A DNA stretch of 64,000 nt from assembly GCA_018335015.1 (NCBI GenBank), contig JAGXKX010000002.1, forward strand, positions 316-64,315. Reading direction: 5' to 3'. A program made the position numbers and the translations under genes. Position 1 is the stretch's first letter. Every line of letters begins with the position of its first letter. The notes below the pieces were generated by a model that was given only the letters and a program-made list of their open reading frames with translations, was not told the DNA's origin and ran no database searches. The DNA is from Candidatus Bipolaricaulota bacterium (GTDB lineage: Bacteria; Bipolaricaulota; Bipolaricaulia; M55B111). Below are positions 1 through 9,506 of the stretch, piece after piece.

Positions 1-897
1 GTCCATTCCACTATCTTCCCATTCGACCGAAAGGGGGCCGGTATAGTTCATATCGTTTAATTCTCGGATGATTGCCTCGAAATTGACGTCACCGTGTCCC
101 AGGGACCTGAAATTCCATCCCCTTCTGGTGTCGCCGAACGGCAAATGAGAGCCAAGAATTCCTGATCTGCCGTCGAGGTTTACGGAAGCATCTTTCATGT
201 GGACGTGATAGGTTCGGTCGGAGAAATCGCGGAGGAACAGGTGCGGTTCGACTCCCTGCCATATTAGATGGCTGGGATCGAAGTTGATCCCCAGAGTTTC
301 TCTGTAATCAAACTTTTCAAGGAGTCTTTCCGTGGTATGGTAGTCAAAGGCAATTTCTGTCGGGTGGACTTCGAGGGCGAACTTCACTGCCTCTTCGTCA
401 AATTCGTCGAAGATTGGCGTCCACAGTTCGAGGATTTCGTCGAAACCGTCTTCTATCATTTCTTCCGAAGTCTGAGGAAAGGAATAGAAAAATTTCCAGA
501 CTGGAGAGCCGGTAAATCCGGTTATTACGTCGCAGCCCATGTTGACTGCTGCTACTGGGGCGTACTTCATCTGTCGGACGGCCCACTCTTGAATTTCATC
601 CGGCTTACCGCTCAACTCGTCCGGGGCGAAGTTGTCCAGTCTGCTGTCGTAGCGTGCTCCTACGCACTGGCCTATTATATGGGTACCTATAGCCCAGACG
701 TCCAGGTTATTTTCCGCCAGTATTCTCTTTCTGTTTTCAGCGTATTCGGGATCTTCCGCAGCTTTCTGGAGATCCAGGTGATCGCCCCAGGAAGCGATTT
801 CCAATCCGTCGTAGCCCATGTTTCCCGCTAATTCACATATTTCTTCGAACTCCAGATCAGCCCACTGTCCGGTGAATAAAGTAACAGGTCTCCCCAT
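1..897 (-). CDS. sugar phosphate isomerase/epimerase (xylose-isomerase-like TIM barrel); 3' end lies beyond the window edge
   Basis: The minus-strand frame is open from position 1 to an ATG (RC of cat at 895-897), with an AGGAGG-type RBS at 901-910. My translation begins MGRPVTLFTGQWADLEFEEICELAGNMGYDGLEIASWGDHLDL, typical of this TIM-barrel family. It is absent from the ORF track because no stop falls in the window. Confidence 0.8.
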   Translation of the reverse strand, partial: MGRPVTLFTGQWADLEFEEICELAGNMGYDGLEIASWGDHLDLQKAAEDPEYAENRKRILAENNLDVWAIGTHIIGQCVGARYDSRLDNFAPDELSGKPDEIQEWAVRQMKYAPVAAVNMGCDVITGFTGSPVWKFFYSFPQTSEEMIEDGFDEILELWTPIFDEFDEEAVKFALEVHPTEIAFDYHTTERLLEKFDYRETLGINFDPSHLIWQGVEPHLFLRDFSDRTYHVHMKDASVNLDGRSGILGSHLPFGDTRRGWNFRSLGHGDVNFEAIIRELNDMNYTGPLSVEWEDSGMD

Positions 898-941
898 AAT
901 TTTACCTCCTCTTTTTGATATTATTTAATATTAGGTTGAAC

Positions 942-2096
942 CTAAGTCAGTTCTACCCACTCGCTGTTCCGGTCCGAACTCTCCAGGCAAGTTTCTATAA
1001 ACTTTACTCCCTGGACTCCTTCGGTAACGTCAGGATAGTCGTAGTACTCGGGATCTATATCTTTACCCTGTTTTTTGTCCTTTAGAGCAGCTAGAAAGCT
1101 AGAATATATGTTTGAGAATGCCTCGTAGAACCCCTCTGGGTGTCCACCCGGCAGCCTTACAGCTTCTGTAGCAGAAGAATGTAGATCGTCGCGTCCTCGG
1201 CTGTGTATTTCTTTGGGTTTATGGAGGTACGAAACTTCGAGGTAGTTCGGATTTTCCTGTCTCCAAACCAAGGACCCTTTGGTGCCGTATACTCTAACTT
1301 TAAGGCCATTATCGTGGCCGACGGCGACTTGAGAACACCAGAACGAGCCGGTAGCGCCGCTCGAAAACTTGACCATCATCTCGGCGTTGTCGTCAAGTTC
1401 TCTGCCTTTACCGAAGATGCTAAGATTTGCGGCGATGGAATCTATTTCCAGGTCCGAAATGTAGGAGACCGTGTTTTCAATATGCGTGCCAATATCCCCT
1501 ACGCAGTTAGCATCCCCCGATAGCTCCGGGTCCGTCCTCCACTCTGCCTGTTTATTACCCTCTTTTTCGACCGGAGCAGCCAGCCATTCCTGGGGATATT
1601 CTCCCTGAATTACTCTTATCTCCCCCAATTCTCCGGACTGGATCAATTCTCTTGCCTGTTTGACCATCGGGTAGCCCGAATAGACGTAAGTTACCCCTAA
1701 GAGCAGGTCGTTTTTTCTCGTAAGTTCTTCCAGTTCCTTCGCTTCGTCGAGTGTCACGGTTAGCGGCTTGTCACAAATTACGTTTATTTTCCGATTTAGA
1801 AATTCCTTTGCGATGGGATAGTGGAATTTATTTGGTACCACTACCGAAACAAAATCGATTCCATCATCGCAGGCGGCCTCTTTTTTCGCCATTTCTTTGT
1901 AATCTTCGTACAGTCTATCCTCGTCCAGGCCGAGTTCCCTCCCGGTTTGGAGTGTCTTCTCGTAGGTTCTCGAAAAAGCACCGGAGACGATCTCCGCCTC
2001 ACCGTCGAATTTAGCTGCCTTTCTGTGAACCCCGCCTATGAATGAACCAGGTCCACCCCCAACCATGCCGTAGCTTAAAACCTCGTTATCGGACAT
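942..2096 (-). CDS. Gfo/Idh/MocA family oxidoreductase
   Basis: 384-aa ORF with an N-terminal Rossmann motif (GMVGGGPGSFIGGVHR) and a C-terminal alpha/beta domain typical of Gfo/Idh/MocA. RBS GAGGTG lies upstream of the ATG. Confidence 0.9.
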   Translation of the reverse strand: MSDNEVLSYGMVGGGPGSFIGGVHRKAAKFDGEAEIVSGAFSRTYEKTLQTGRELGLDEDRLYEDYKEMAKKEAACDDGIDFVSVVVPNKFHYPIAKEFLNRKINVICDKPLTVTLDEAKELEELTRKNDLLLGVTYVYSGYPMVKQARELIQSGELGEIRVIQGEYPQEWLAAPVEKEGNKQAEWRTDPELSGDANCVGDIGTHIENTVSYISDLEIDSIAANLSIFGKGRELDDNAEMMVKFSSGATGSFWCSQVAVGHDNGLKVRVYGTKGSLVWRQENPNYLEVSYLHKPKEIHSRGRDDLHSSATEAVRLPGGHPEGFYEAFSNIYSSFLAALKDKKQGKDIDPEYYDYPDVTEGVQGVKFIETCLESSDRNSEWVELT

Positions 2097-2170
2097 TTTT
2101 TCACCTCGATTGGTTTTCTGTAAGTTGTATTTATCGTCGTAAAACTTTAGGGAACAGGTCAGGTAGAGTT

Positions 2171-3148
2171 TTAACTTCTCTGTCTCTGGATCAGAACCGC
2201 GCCAATTATAACTAGGCCTCTTACGGTTCCCTGGAGATAGGGTGAAACACCAAGAAGGTTAAGCATGTTGTTTACAATACCGAGTATTATAGCCCCGAGC
2301 AGCGTGCCCAGGACCGATCCCGTGCCACCGGAAAGCGCTGTGCCACCTATGATAACAGCTGCGATCGCGTCCAGCTCGAATCCGGAGCCCGCCGTGGTCG
2401 GATTGATAGAATTCAGGCGAGAAGAGAGCAGGACGGAGGTTATTGCCACGTTGAACCCTGTTATAATGTAGGTGATAAATTTGATCTTAGAAACGTTTAT
2501 AGCAGAGTATTTGGCTACTCGTTCATTTGAACCGATGGCACAAGCATAGCGGCCGAACTTCGTCCTATTCAGAAGGATACCGTAAAAAGCCGTGAAAACG
2601 AGCAACACCCAGACCGGGATAGGAATATTCAGGAAATAACCCATCCCGATTTCCGAAAACAGTTGACTGTTCGTCCGGAACTCCCCGGCTCCGCTTATAT
2701 AAAGAGTCAGAGATCTAAACATTCCCCAGGTTCCCAGGGTAACGATAAACGGTGCCACCTTGCCTTTCGTGATAATCAATCCGTTGAATGCTCCAGCCGC
2801 CGCTCCCATCAAAACTGCGACTGCTATCGCGATGAATATCGCAAGTACTCCCCCGCCGAAGTGATTCACCATGATGATAACTATACCGCCGACGAAAGCG
2901 GTCATAGACCCTACTGAAAGGTCAATACCTCCGGCAATTATGACGAAAGTCATACCCAGTGCAATAATACCGGTATAGGATATTTGTCTAAGTACATTGG
3001 TAATATTTCGCCACCTCAAAAAATAGGGACTGGCGAAGGAGGAAGCTACAACCAGTACAATCACCGCTATCAACGGACCGTACTTGGATAAATCAATCTC
3101 CTTCAGAAAATTCTTGGTTTTTGTTAAATAAGTTTTACTCGTTTTCAT
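2171..3148 (-). CDS. sugar ABC transporter permease (RbsC/AraH-like)
   Basis: 325-aa polytopic membrane ORF with a glycine-rich permease core (GGIDLSVGS). Its start abuts the stop of the upstream ATPase gene. Confidence 0.9.
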   Translation of the reverse strand: MKTSKTYLTKTKNFLKEIDLSKYGPLIAVIVLVVASSFASPYFLRWRNITNVLRQISYTGIIALGMTFVIIAGGIDLSVGSMTAFVGGIVIIMVNHFGGGVLAIFIAIAVAVLMGAAAGAFNGLIITKGKVAPFIVTLGTWGMFRSLTLYISGAGEFRTNSQLFSEIGMGYFLNIPIPVWVLLVFTAFYGILLNRTKFGRYACAIGSNERVAKYSAINVSKIKFITYIITGFNVAITSVLLSSRLNSINPTTAGSGFELDAIAAVIIGGTALSGGTGSVLGTLLGAIILGIVNNMLNLLGVSPYLQGTVRGLVIIGAVLIQRQRS

Positions 3149-4654
3149 TTATACAGCCCTCGTTTCTAAACCAGTTGCGTGATACATAATTCTTTCTTCG
3201 GTAATTTCGTCTCCTTCTAGGATTCCCGAGATACTACCCTCTCGCATGACCGCCACCCGGTTTGCCATTCCTATGATCTCCTCCAGTTCTGACGAAATAA
3301 AGATCACGGATATACCCGACTGAACTAACTCGTTAATAAAATTGAATATATCCATTTTAGCGCTTATGTCAATTCCTCTGGTTGGTTCGTCAAAAATAAA
3401 GATTTCCGGTTCAGTGTCCAGGCTCTTTACAAGAGAAACTTTTTGCTGATTTCCTCCGCTCAAAGTTTCCAGTTTGGAGTCTACGGACGGTACCTGGATA
3501 TTAAATTCATCGATGTAATCCTGGGTTTTGTCCTTTTCCCGTTTACGGCTGATCAAAAAGTTTCTTATGTATTTTTGGAGAGAAATAAGTGTAATGTTCT
3601 TTGGCACCTCGAAATTGGCAATTATACCGGTAGATTGACGGTCCTCCGGAAGGTACGCAACCCCGTTATCAACGGCTTGTCTGGGAGATGATACCTCTAA
3701 CTTCTCTCCTTTGATCAGAATTTCCCCCTCTTTCTTTTCCCTGATCCCGAGAATCGTTTCAGCTAGTTCCGTTCTTCCCGCACCTACCAGTCCGGCAAAT
3801 CCCAGAATCTCTCCCTTTTTCAGCTGGAATGACGTATTTTCAACCCTTCCGTCTCTTGATGATAAGCCCTTTACCTCCAGAACAGGTTCTTCTTCCGGGG
3901 GAGTTGTTTCGGGAAACATCTGGTTCAGTTCTCGCCCGACCATCATGTTTGCCATATCGTGCTCCGTAACCTCGTCTGTAGACTGGAGTGATATGAACTC
4001 TCCGTCCCTCAAAACCATAACCCGGTTACATATTTTTTTGACCTCACGAAGTTTGTGAGAAATGTAGACTATCGTAACACCCTGATCGGACAGATCCCTC
4101 ATCAACGAAAACAGGACCTCTATTTCGTTGGACGTAAGGACGGTGGTCGGTTCGTCCATTATAAGTAACTTAGATTCGTAAGCTATGGCTTTGGCGATTT
4201 CTACCATCTGTTTTTGGGCTACGCTGATTTCTCCTATCCGGTCTTCAGGAGAGATGTCTGCCTCGAGCTCTTCCATTAATTCCTGGGTCATTTGTTTCAT
4301 CCTCTTCCGGTCAAGCAACAGAGCGTTCTTCTGGTATTCTTGACCCAGGAAAATATTCTCGTAGACGTTTAGGTGGTCAACTAGGTTGAATTCCTGGGGT
4401 ATAGTGCTTATTCCAATTTCCTTTGCCCGAAACGGATCCATCTTTTCGACTTCTTCTCCTTCGAAGAAAAACCTGCCCTCGGTCGGTTGATAGATACCGT
4501 TAATTATTTTTATAAGTGTGGACTTGCCTGCACCGTTTTCCCCAATTAAGCCAAAAATTTCTCCCCTGTTTATCTCGATGTTTATATCGTTAAGTACCCG
4601 GACTCCGGAGAACTCCTTGGCAATATTTTCTGTTTCGACCACTGGCTCGGCCAT
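3149..4654 (-). CDS. sugar ABC transporter ATP-binding protein (duplicated NBD, RbsA/MglA-like)
   Basis: Walker A GENGAGKST, signature LSGGNQQK and two ATPase halves. ATG at 4654 has GAGGTG 9 nt upstream. The track start at 4666 (GTG) sits inside that RBS, so the internal ATG is preferred. Confidence 0.9.
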   Translation of the reverse strand: MAEPVVETENIAKEFSGVRVLNDINIEINRGEIFGLIGENGAGKSTLIKIINGIYQPTEGRFFFEGEEVEKMDPFRAKEIGISTIPQEFNLVDHLNVYENIFLGQEYQKNALLLDRKRMKQMTQELMEELEADISPEDRIGEISVAQKQMVEIAKAIAYESKLLIMDEPTTVLTSNEIEVLFSLMRDLSDQGVTIVYISHKLREVKKICNRVMVLRDGEFISLQSTDEVTEHDMANMMVGRELNQMFPETTPPEEEPVLEVKGLSSRDGRVENTSFQLKKGEILGFAGLVGAGRTELAETILGIREKKEGEILIKGEKLEVSSPRQAVDNGVAYLPEDRQSTGIIANFEVPKNITLISLQKYIRNFLISRKREKDKTQDYIDEFNIQVPSVDSKLETLSGGNQQKVSLVKSLDTEPEIFIFDEPTRGIDISAKMDIFNFINELVQSGISVIFISSELEEIIGMANRVAVMREGSISGILEGDEITEERIMYHATGLETRAV

Positions 4655-4714
4655 TTTGTTATCCACCTCTTAGAATTAACAGCTCGAAGCTTTCAAAAAG
4701 GAATATTTCTGTAG

Positions 4715-4756
4715 GGAGAAAAATAAACCTGGAGCTATATCGCCCCAGGTTTATTT
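4715..4756 (-). terminator. intra-operon hairpin (partial terminator or attenuator) between the binding-protein and ATPase genes
   Basis: Perfect 12-bp stem AAATAAACCTGG (4721-4732) / CCAGGTTTATTT (4745-4756) with a 12-nt loop. On the minus strand it is followed by a U-rich TTTATTTTTCTCCC tail. It lies 45 nt after the SBP stop. Confidence 0.5.
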
Positions 4757-4801
4757 GTTTGTACTCGCTTAATTTAATTGTTGGTTGTTGAGCAAAGAAT
4801 T

Positions 4802-5776
4802 TTAGTATACGGAATCCGGATAGTAGTATTCTTCTGCATTTTCCCTGGTAACCAGTTCTGCCCTCAGGATTATGTCCGAAGGAAGCTTTCTCTGGTAGAA
4901 TCCGTCCAGAGTTTCGTTTCTCGCCGCCTTAACTCCGAGGCTGATTCCCGTTGCTATCATAGAAGGTGGATAAGTCACGTCAGCTCGGACCAGTTCGTGT
5001 CCTTCCATGATCATCTTTATTATGTCTTTAGATCCGGCGCCCCCCAGCATAAATTCTATGTCGTCTCGGCCCGATTCTTCATAGGCCTGCAGGACGCCCT
5101 TTAGTACGTCGTCGTCCTGAGCGTATACTGCGTCGATTTCGTCGTACTTCTGGAGGTAGTTTTCCATTATTTCCAGCCCCTTCTGGGTACTCCAGTTAGC
5201 AGGCTGAGAGTCCAGAATTTCAATTCCGGGATACTGATCCATTACGCCCTCAAACGCTTCGACCCTTTCCTTGTTAATTACGGAAGGTATGCCTTCCAGG
5301 GCAACTATCTTGCCTTCTCCGTCAAGCTCTTCCGCCATCCATTCAGCTGACACTCGACCGAGCCCGGCATTATCGCCTCGGATGTATATGTCGGATACCG
5401 GTTTCGTTAACCCGCGGTCGACCGATACGATGTATATACCTTCTTCCGCTGCTTCCTCGACGATCGGTGTCAGTGGTCCGGACTGATGGGCCAGTATTAC
5501 CAGGACGTCTATGTCTCTTACCATGAGTGTTTCAACTTGCCCGACCTGTTGGTTCGGTGAGTCCGCAGTTACCAAAAAGAATTCTGCGTTCGGCTCCTTT
5601 TCCTTCCAGTCTTCTATGGCCTGTTTTGCCCACCATACTACTCCGCCTGTCCAGCCGTGATCAGCTGAAGGAATGGCCACGCCAATCCTCATCTCTTCTT
5701 CCTGCGCCACGGGGACTGCTGAAAAGGTAGCAATCCCTAACGATACCGCAAGTAAAACAATTAGAAGTTTTTTCAT
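4802..5776 (-). CDS. sugar ABC transporter substrate-binding protein (periplasmic, type I PBP)
   Basis: The internal ATG at 5776 has RBS GGGAGG and gives a Sec signal peptide MKKLLIVLLAVSLGIATFSAVPVAQ. The remainder looks like a ribose/galactose-type binding protein. The track N-terminal extension to 5950 is not signal-like. Confidence 0.85.
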   Translation of the reverse strand: MKKLLIVLLAVSLGIATFSAVPVAQEEEMRIGVAIPSADHGWTGGVVWWAKQAIEDWKEKEPNAEFFLVTADSPNQQVGQVETLMVRDIDVLVILAHQSGPLTPIVEEAAEEGIYIVSVDRGLTKPVSDIYIRGDNAGLGRVSAEWMAEELDGEGKIVALEGIPSVINKERVEAFEGVMDQYPGIEILDSQPANWSTQKGLEIMENYLQKYDEIDAVYAQDDDVLKGVLQAYEESGRDDIEFMLGGAGSKDIIKMIMEGHELVRADVTYPPSMIATGISLGVKAARNETLDGFYQRKLPSDIILRAELVTRENAEEYYYPDSVY

Positions 5777-5958
5777 TGTACAACCTCCCGGTTTGTAAAA
5801 ATAATTTGTAAGATACTGGGGATAAATTTCCCCATTCTCACTGATTCCGCTCGAAGATAAGCTCGAACCACCTGGGTGCGCCAGTGTTTCTCTTTGGCCC
5901 CGTCTGTTACCGTTTTTCTTTAGTTTTAGTTTTAACCACCCTCGGGTCAAAGCTAATT

Positions 5959-5978
5959 AAGCGCTTGCGCAAACGTTA
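5959..5978. promoter_or_regulatory. candidate LacI-family operator upstream of the ABC transporter operon
   Basis: Imperfect palindrome AAGCGCTTGCGCAAACGTTA. It matches the site at 7248-7267 at 15 of 20 positions (shared CGCTTnCGCAAnCG). Confidence 0.45.
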
Positions 5979-6036
5979 ATTGGCTTCAATATAACATATT
6001 CGGCAAAGTTAGTCAAATAAGTCAACACTCTCAGGT

Positions 6037-6227
6037 CTCAGTTTTTCAAAACTATTTGGAAGCGAGATGTAGTTCGTAAGCAATAACTATATTTTAATTT
6101 CAACCCTTACCAGGCTGCCGCATTACCTCTAATGCTTAGTTTTAAAGGTTAAATCAGTGGCCAGGTAAGGAGGGCGGGTACAGGTGAAGACTAAACAGCG
6201 ATGTACTACGATGGTGAAATAATTTAG
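6037..6227 (+). repeat. MITE-like long-palindrome element, copy a (subfamily 1)
   Basis: Left end CTCAGTTTTTCAAAAC at 6037. Core hairpin at 6103-6178 (CCCTTACCAGGCTGCCG...GGTTAAATCAGTGGCCAGGTAAGG). Right end GGTGAAATAATTTAG ends at 6227 and overlaps the LacI-gene stop codon (6224-6226). Confidence 0.85.
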
Positions 6228-7231
6228 CCTGCGCTGGCACTCGATTCTCTTATCCTTAACTCCGTATCGAGCTCTATCTTTCGGGGTGTTCGGGCTTTTT
6301 CCGTGCCTTCGATCTCTTCAAATAAGAGGTGGGCTGCCTGGTATCCCATTTCGTAGGGTTGCTGGGCAATTGAGGTAATACTGGGATTGAAGCTCGCGGC
6401 CCATTCCGGATCGTCAAAACCCACGAGCGCGATATCCTCGGGACATTTTACCTCGTGCTCTTTAAAATATCGTAGCACTCCCTCGGTCATCAAATCGTTC
6501 GTGCTAAATATTGCCGTTACTTCCGGGTGATCAGACAGTAGGGACTCGGTTGAAGCGTAAGCACCCTCGACCTCCAGACCGGACTTTTTGATATATTCTT
6601 CCTCTATCTCTATTCCATGGTCTTTCAGGGCGTCTTTATAACCTTCGAGTCTATGTTTAAAACTGGCTATCTCGGTACTTTCCAGGATAATTCCGATGTT
6701 TTCGTGGCCCCGATCAATTAGGTGTTGAATAGCTTTGTATCCGCCTTCCCTGTTATCAGAGAACACTTGATCGACAGTTACTTCCGGCAGTTCTCGATCA
6801 ATACACACTACTGGAAGATCTTTTTCGATAAGAGGCTGGATATTTTCCCCCCCTCCGCCGGTAGGAGAAATAACGAAACCATCTACCCGTTTCGATTCCA
6901 GTAGAGAAATATTTTGGCTTTCCTGGTTCGCGTTCTCGTCGGTATTGCTCAGGATTAAGCTAAATTCGTGTTCTCTTACGCAATCCTCGACCCCCCGGGC
7001 CACCTGAGGGAAGAAAGGGTTCACGATGTCCGATACTACAAGGGCGATGGTCTGGCTTTCCCCTTTGCTGAGCCCCTGGGCGAGAGGATCAGGGTGGTAG
7101 TCAAGTTCTTCTATTGCCCTGTTAACGCGCCCTGTAAGTTCGGGGCTTACGTATCTGGTACCATTTATTACGTGAGAAACAGTTGTTACTGAGACGTCCG
7201 CCAGTTTAGCTACGTCTTTCATCGTTGCCAT
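6224..7231 (-). CDS. LacI family transcriptional regulator
   Basis: The start at ATG 7231 gives MATMKDVAKLADVSVTTVSHVINGTRYVS, a classic LacI HTH, followed by a periplasmic-binding-protein-like sugar-binding domain. The 40-codon track extension to 7351 has no support. Confidence 0.9.
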   Translation of the reverse strand: MATMKDVAKLADVSVTTVSHVINGTRYVSPELTGRVNRAIEELDYHPDPLAQGLSKGESQTIALVVSDIVNPFFPQVARGVEDCVREHEFSLILSNTDENANQESQNISLLESKRVDGFVISPTGGGGENIQPLIEKDLPVVCIDRELPEVTVDQVFSDNREGGYKAIQHLIDRGHENIGIILESTEIASFKHRLEGYKDALKDHGIEIEEEYIKKSGLEVEGAYASTESLLSDHPEVTAIFSTNDLMTEGVLRYFKEHEVKCPEDIALVGFDDPEWAASFNPSITSIAQQPYEMGYQAAHLLFEEIEGTEKARTPRKIELDTELRIRESSASAG

Positions 7232-7247
7232 TCTGAACCACTCCGTA

Positions 7248-7267
7248 AATCGCTTACGCAAGCGATT
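7248..7267. promoter_or_regulatory. candidate LacI-family operator (autoregulatory) in the 5' region of the regulator gene
   Basis: AATCGCTT-ACGC-AAGCGATT has perfect 8-bp inverted arms. It lies 17 nt upstream of the LacI start codon and directly downstream of a TATATT box. Confidence 0.5.
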
Positions 7268-7268
7268 A

Positions 7269-7297
7269 AATATAGCATAAAAACTTGTTTTATACAA
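7269..7297 (-). promoter_or_regulatory. putative sigma70-type promoter of the LacI-family gene
   Basis: On the minus strand, TTGTAT (7292-7297) is followed by a 17-nt spacer and TATATT (7269-7274). The operator begins 2 nt after the -10 box. Confidence 0.35.
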
Positions 7298-7456
7298 AGT
7301 CCTTTCCACGAGAACTAGAAAGTCGGCCGGGAATAAGTCTGCTTGGAGCATTTTTTCGGGGTATTCGCTCTACAATATCGGAACAATATTGTTATACTAT
7401 TATGGTCCGGTACCCAGCAGGAAGAATCTTTCTAAGGGGGTTGAGGAAGAATTTCC

Positions 7457-8026
7457 ATGTTTGAAAGCCTCAAAGGCGAAGAATTCTGGAGGATCGCCCG
7501 GCGTTATTTCGTTCTGAACGGATTTGACGGAATACTGACGGTTCTGGGAATAACGGCGGGCTCTTTTTCCACGGGCGTAGGGGATCCGAAAGTGCTTGTT
7601 ACCTCGAGCCTGGGAGCCGCAATTGCCCTAGGAGTTTCCGGCGTTTCGGGCGCTTATATAACCGAAAAGGCGGAACGACTGAAAAAGTTTAAGGAATTAC
7701 AGCGGGACATGTTATCCGACCTGGAGGGGTCCGTGCATAAAAAGAACGTGACCCAGCGGTCGATAGCTATCTCAATAGTTAACGGGGCGTCTCCCTTTTT
7801 ATGTGCCCTGCTTTCGACCGTACCTTATTTTTTCCCGCTTCTCGGTCTCGGAACTATGGAAATTGCCTATTATGCCTCCGCGGGAGTTGCCCTGTCCCTT
7901 CTGGCTCTATTAGGGGCCTTTCTGGGAAAGATTTCCCGAGAAAGTCTTATCTCCTTCGGGCTTAAGATGGTTGGTGTCGGCGTTCTAACGGCCGTGCTTT
8001 CCCTCACCCTGGGAATTGGAGGATAA
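7457..8026 (+). CDS. VIT1/CCC1-family membrane protein (putative Fe/Mn transporter)
   Basis: 189-aa ORF. It has hydrophobic segments interrupted by an amphipathic EKAERLKKFKELQRDMLSDLE helix, the layout I recall for VIT-family proteins. Confidence 0.65.
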   Translation: MFESLKGEEFWRIARRYFVLNGFDGILTVLGITAGSFSTGVGDPKVLVTSSLGAAIALGVSGVSGAYITEKAERLKKFKELQRDMLSDLEGSVHKKNVTQRSIAISIVNGASPFLCALLSTVPYFFPLLGLGTMEIAYYASAGVALSLLALLGAFLGKISRESLISFGLKMVGVGVLTAVLSLTLGIGG

Positions 8027-8028
8027 AA

Positions 8029-8156
8029 TCTGCCCCTTACCCGACTGCCGTATTATCACTACTGCTGAGTTTCAAAGGTTCGATCAGTTGCCAGGTAAGA
8101 GACAGAGAGCAGTTATTAGGTCGGGTAATTAACTACAGCGGTGGTAAAAAATCGAG
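8029..8156 (+). repeat. MITE-like element, copy b (core plus right arm; canonical left arm missing)
   Basis: Core at 8029-8108 (TCTGCCCCTTACCCGACTGCCG...GGTTCGATCAGTTGCCAGGTAAGAGACAGAGA). Right end GGTGGTAAAAAATCGAG at 8140-8156. It sits between the VIT stop (8026) and the xylA stop (8163). Confidence 0.8.
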
Positions 8157-8162
8157 TTGTGT

Positions 8163-9491
8163 TTACTCCGTCGTAGTGATATAGGAATTTAACAGTCCCC
8201 TTAGCTTCTCCTGCCTCCCGGATTCAAGTTCGATAGGCTCGCTTACGTTCTCCATCACGTGTTCTTCTAGCATTTCGAAGTCCGTATCGGGATCTTTTAT
8301 TTTATTCCCCAGGCTCTCCTGGAAGCTGGAGTAACGTTCTTTCCTGAATTCTTCTAGGACCCCGTCTTCTTTCAATCTCTGAGCCACTTTCAATCCAAAA
8401 GCGAAGGTGTCCATACCGGCAATGTGAGCGATGAAAAGGTCACGAGCCTCGAACGATTCCCGTCTGACTTTGGCATCAAAATTCAGCCCACCTGGAGCCA
8501 GACCATTATTCTTGAGAATTTCGTAGGCTGCCAGAGTAGTGCTGTAAACGTCCGTCGGGAACTCGTCCGTATCCCAGCCCAGCAGGAGATCACCCTGGTT
8601 GGCGTCCACGCTTCCCAGTAAGTCGTTTTCCCTGGCGTAAGCCAGTTCGTGGTGAAAATTGTGACCGGCCAGGGTAGCGTGATTGGCTTCGATATTAGCC
8701 TTGAAGTGGTCTTCAAGGTCGTACTTTCTCAGGAAAGCTGCCACGTGTTCGACGTCAAAATCGTACTGGTGTTTTGTCGGCTCCATCGGTTTTGGTTCAA
8801 GCAGTAATTGGCCGTCAAATCCTATCTTCTTTGCGTGATCTACGGCCATTGCCAGAAACCGAGCAAGGTTGTCCTGTTCCAGGCCGAGGTCGGTATTTAG
8901 AAGCGTTTTGTAACCTTCTCTGCCACCCCAGAATACGTAATTTGAGCCTCCCAGTCTTTTCGTAACTTCGAGAGCTTTTTTGACCTGAGCAGATGCGTAG
9001 GCAAATACGTCGGCGTTTGGAGATGTCGCCGCGCCGTGGGCGTACCTTGGATGCTCGAACAGGTTTGCCGTTCCCCAGAGTAAATCGACGTCGTAGTCTT
9101 CCATCAGTTCTTCGATACGAGAAACGATCTCGTCCAGGTTATCGTTCGTTTCGGCCAGTGTATTTCCCGGTGGGGCGACGTCCCTGTCGTGAAAACAGAA
9201 ATAGTCCAGCCCCATCTTCCCCATAAATTCAAATGCGGCTTCTGCCCGGGCCTTTGCTCTTTCCATCGGGTCGTCTATTTCATCCCATAGTCTGGTGATA
9301 GTTTTTGCCCCGAAGGGATCCGCCCCCCTGGCGGTAAAAGAATGCCAGTAGGCGACGGAAAACCTCAGTTGTTCGGACATGGTCGAGGAACCGACGGTTT
9401 CTTCCGGGTTGTAATGTTTAAACGAGAGAGGGTCTTCCGATTTCCGGCCTTTATATTCTATTTTTCCTACCTCTGGAAAATATTCTTTCAT
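8163..9491 (-). CDS. xylA: xylose isomerase
   Basis: 442-aa ORF with an N-terminus ([31 protein letters not shown], then [10 protein letters not shown]) and length characteristic of XylA. Confidence 0.95.
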   Translation of the reverse strand: MKEYFPEVGKIEYKGRKSEDPLSFKHYNPEETVGSSTMSEQLRFSVAYWHSFTARGADPFGAKTITRLWDEIDDPMERAKARAEAAFEFMGKMGLDYFCFHDRDVAPPGNTLAETNDNLDEIVSRIEELMEDYDVDLLWGTANLFEHPRYAHGAATSPNADVFAYASAQVKKALEVTKRLGGSNYVFWGGREGYKTLLNTDLGLEQDNLARFLAMAVDHAKKIGFDGQLLLEPKPMEPTKHQYDFDVEHVAAFLRKYDLEDHFKANIEANHATLAGHNFHHELAYARENDLLGSVDANQGDLLLGWDTDEFPTDVYSTTLAAYEILKNNGLAPGGLNFDAKVRRESFEARDLFIAHIAGMDTFAFGLKVAQRLKEDGVLEEFRKERYSSFQESLGNKIKDPDTDFEMLEEHVMENVSEPIELESGRQEKLRGLLNSYITTTE

Positions 9492-9506
9492 ATTACTTCT
9501 TACCTC

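Noticed and set aside
268-831. 187-aa plus-strand ORF in the track
   Set aside because: It is entirely antisense to a minus-strand frame that stays open from the window edge to an RBS-preceded ATG at 897 and encodes a recognisable TIM-barrel isomerase. Its own translation is low-complexity with no motif.
5777-5950. N-terminal extensions of track ORFs: 4802-5950, 6224-7351, 38334-39833, 39830-41116, 44295-44762 and 56207-58243
   Set aside because: In each case an internal start has a good Shine-Dalgarno sequence and yields the expected N-terminus (signal peptide, HTH, Rossmann motif and so on). The extensions run through promoter or operator regions or repeats.
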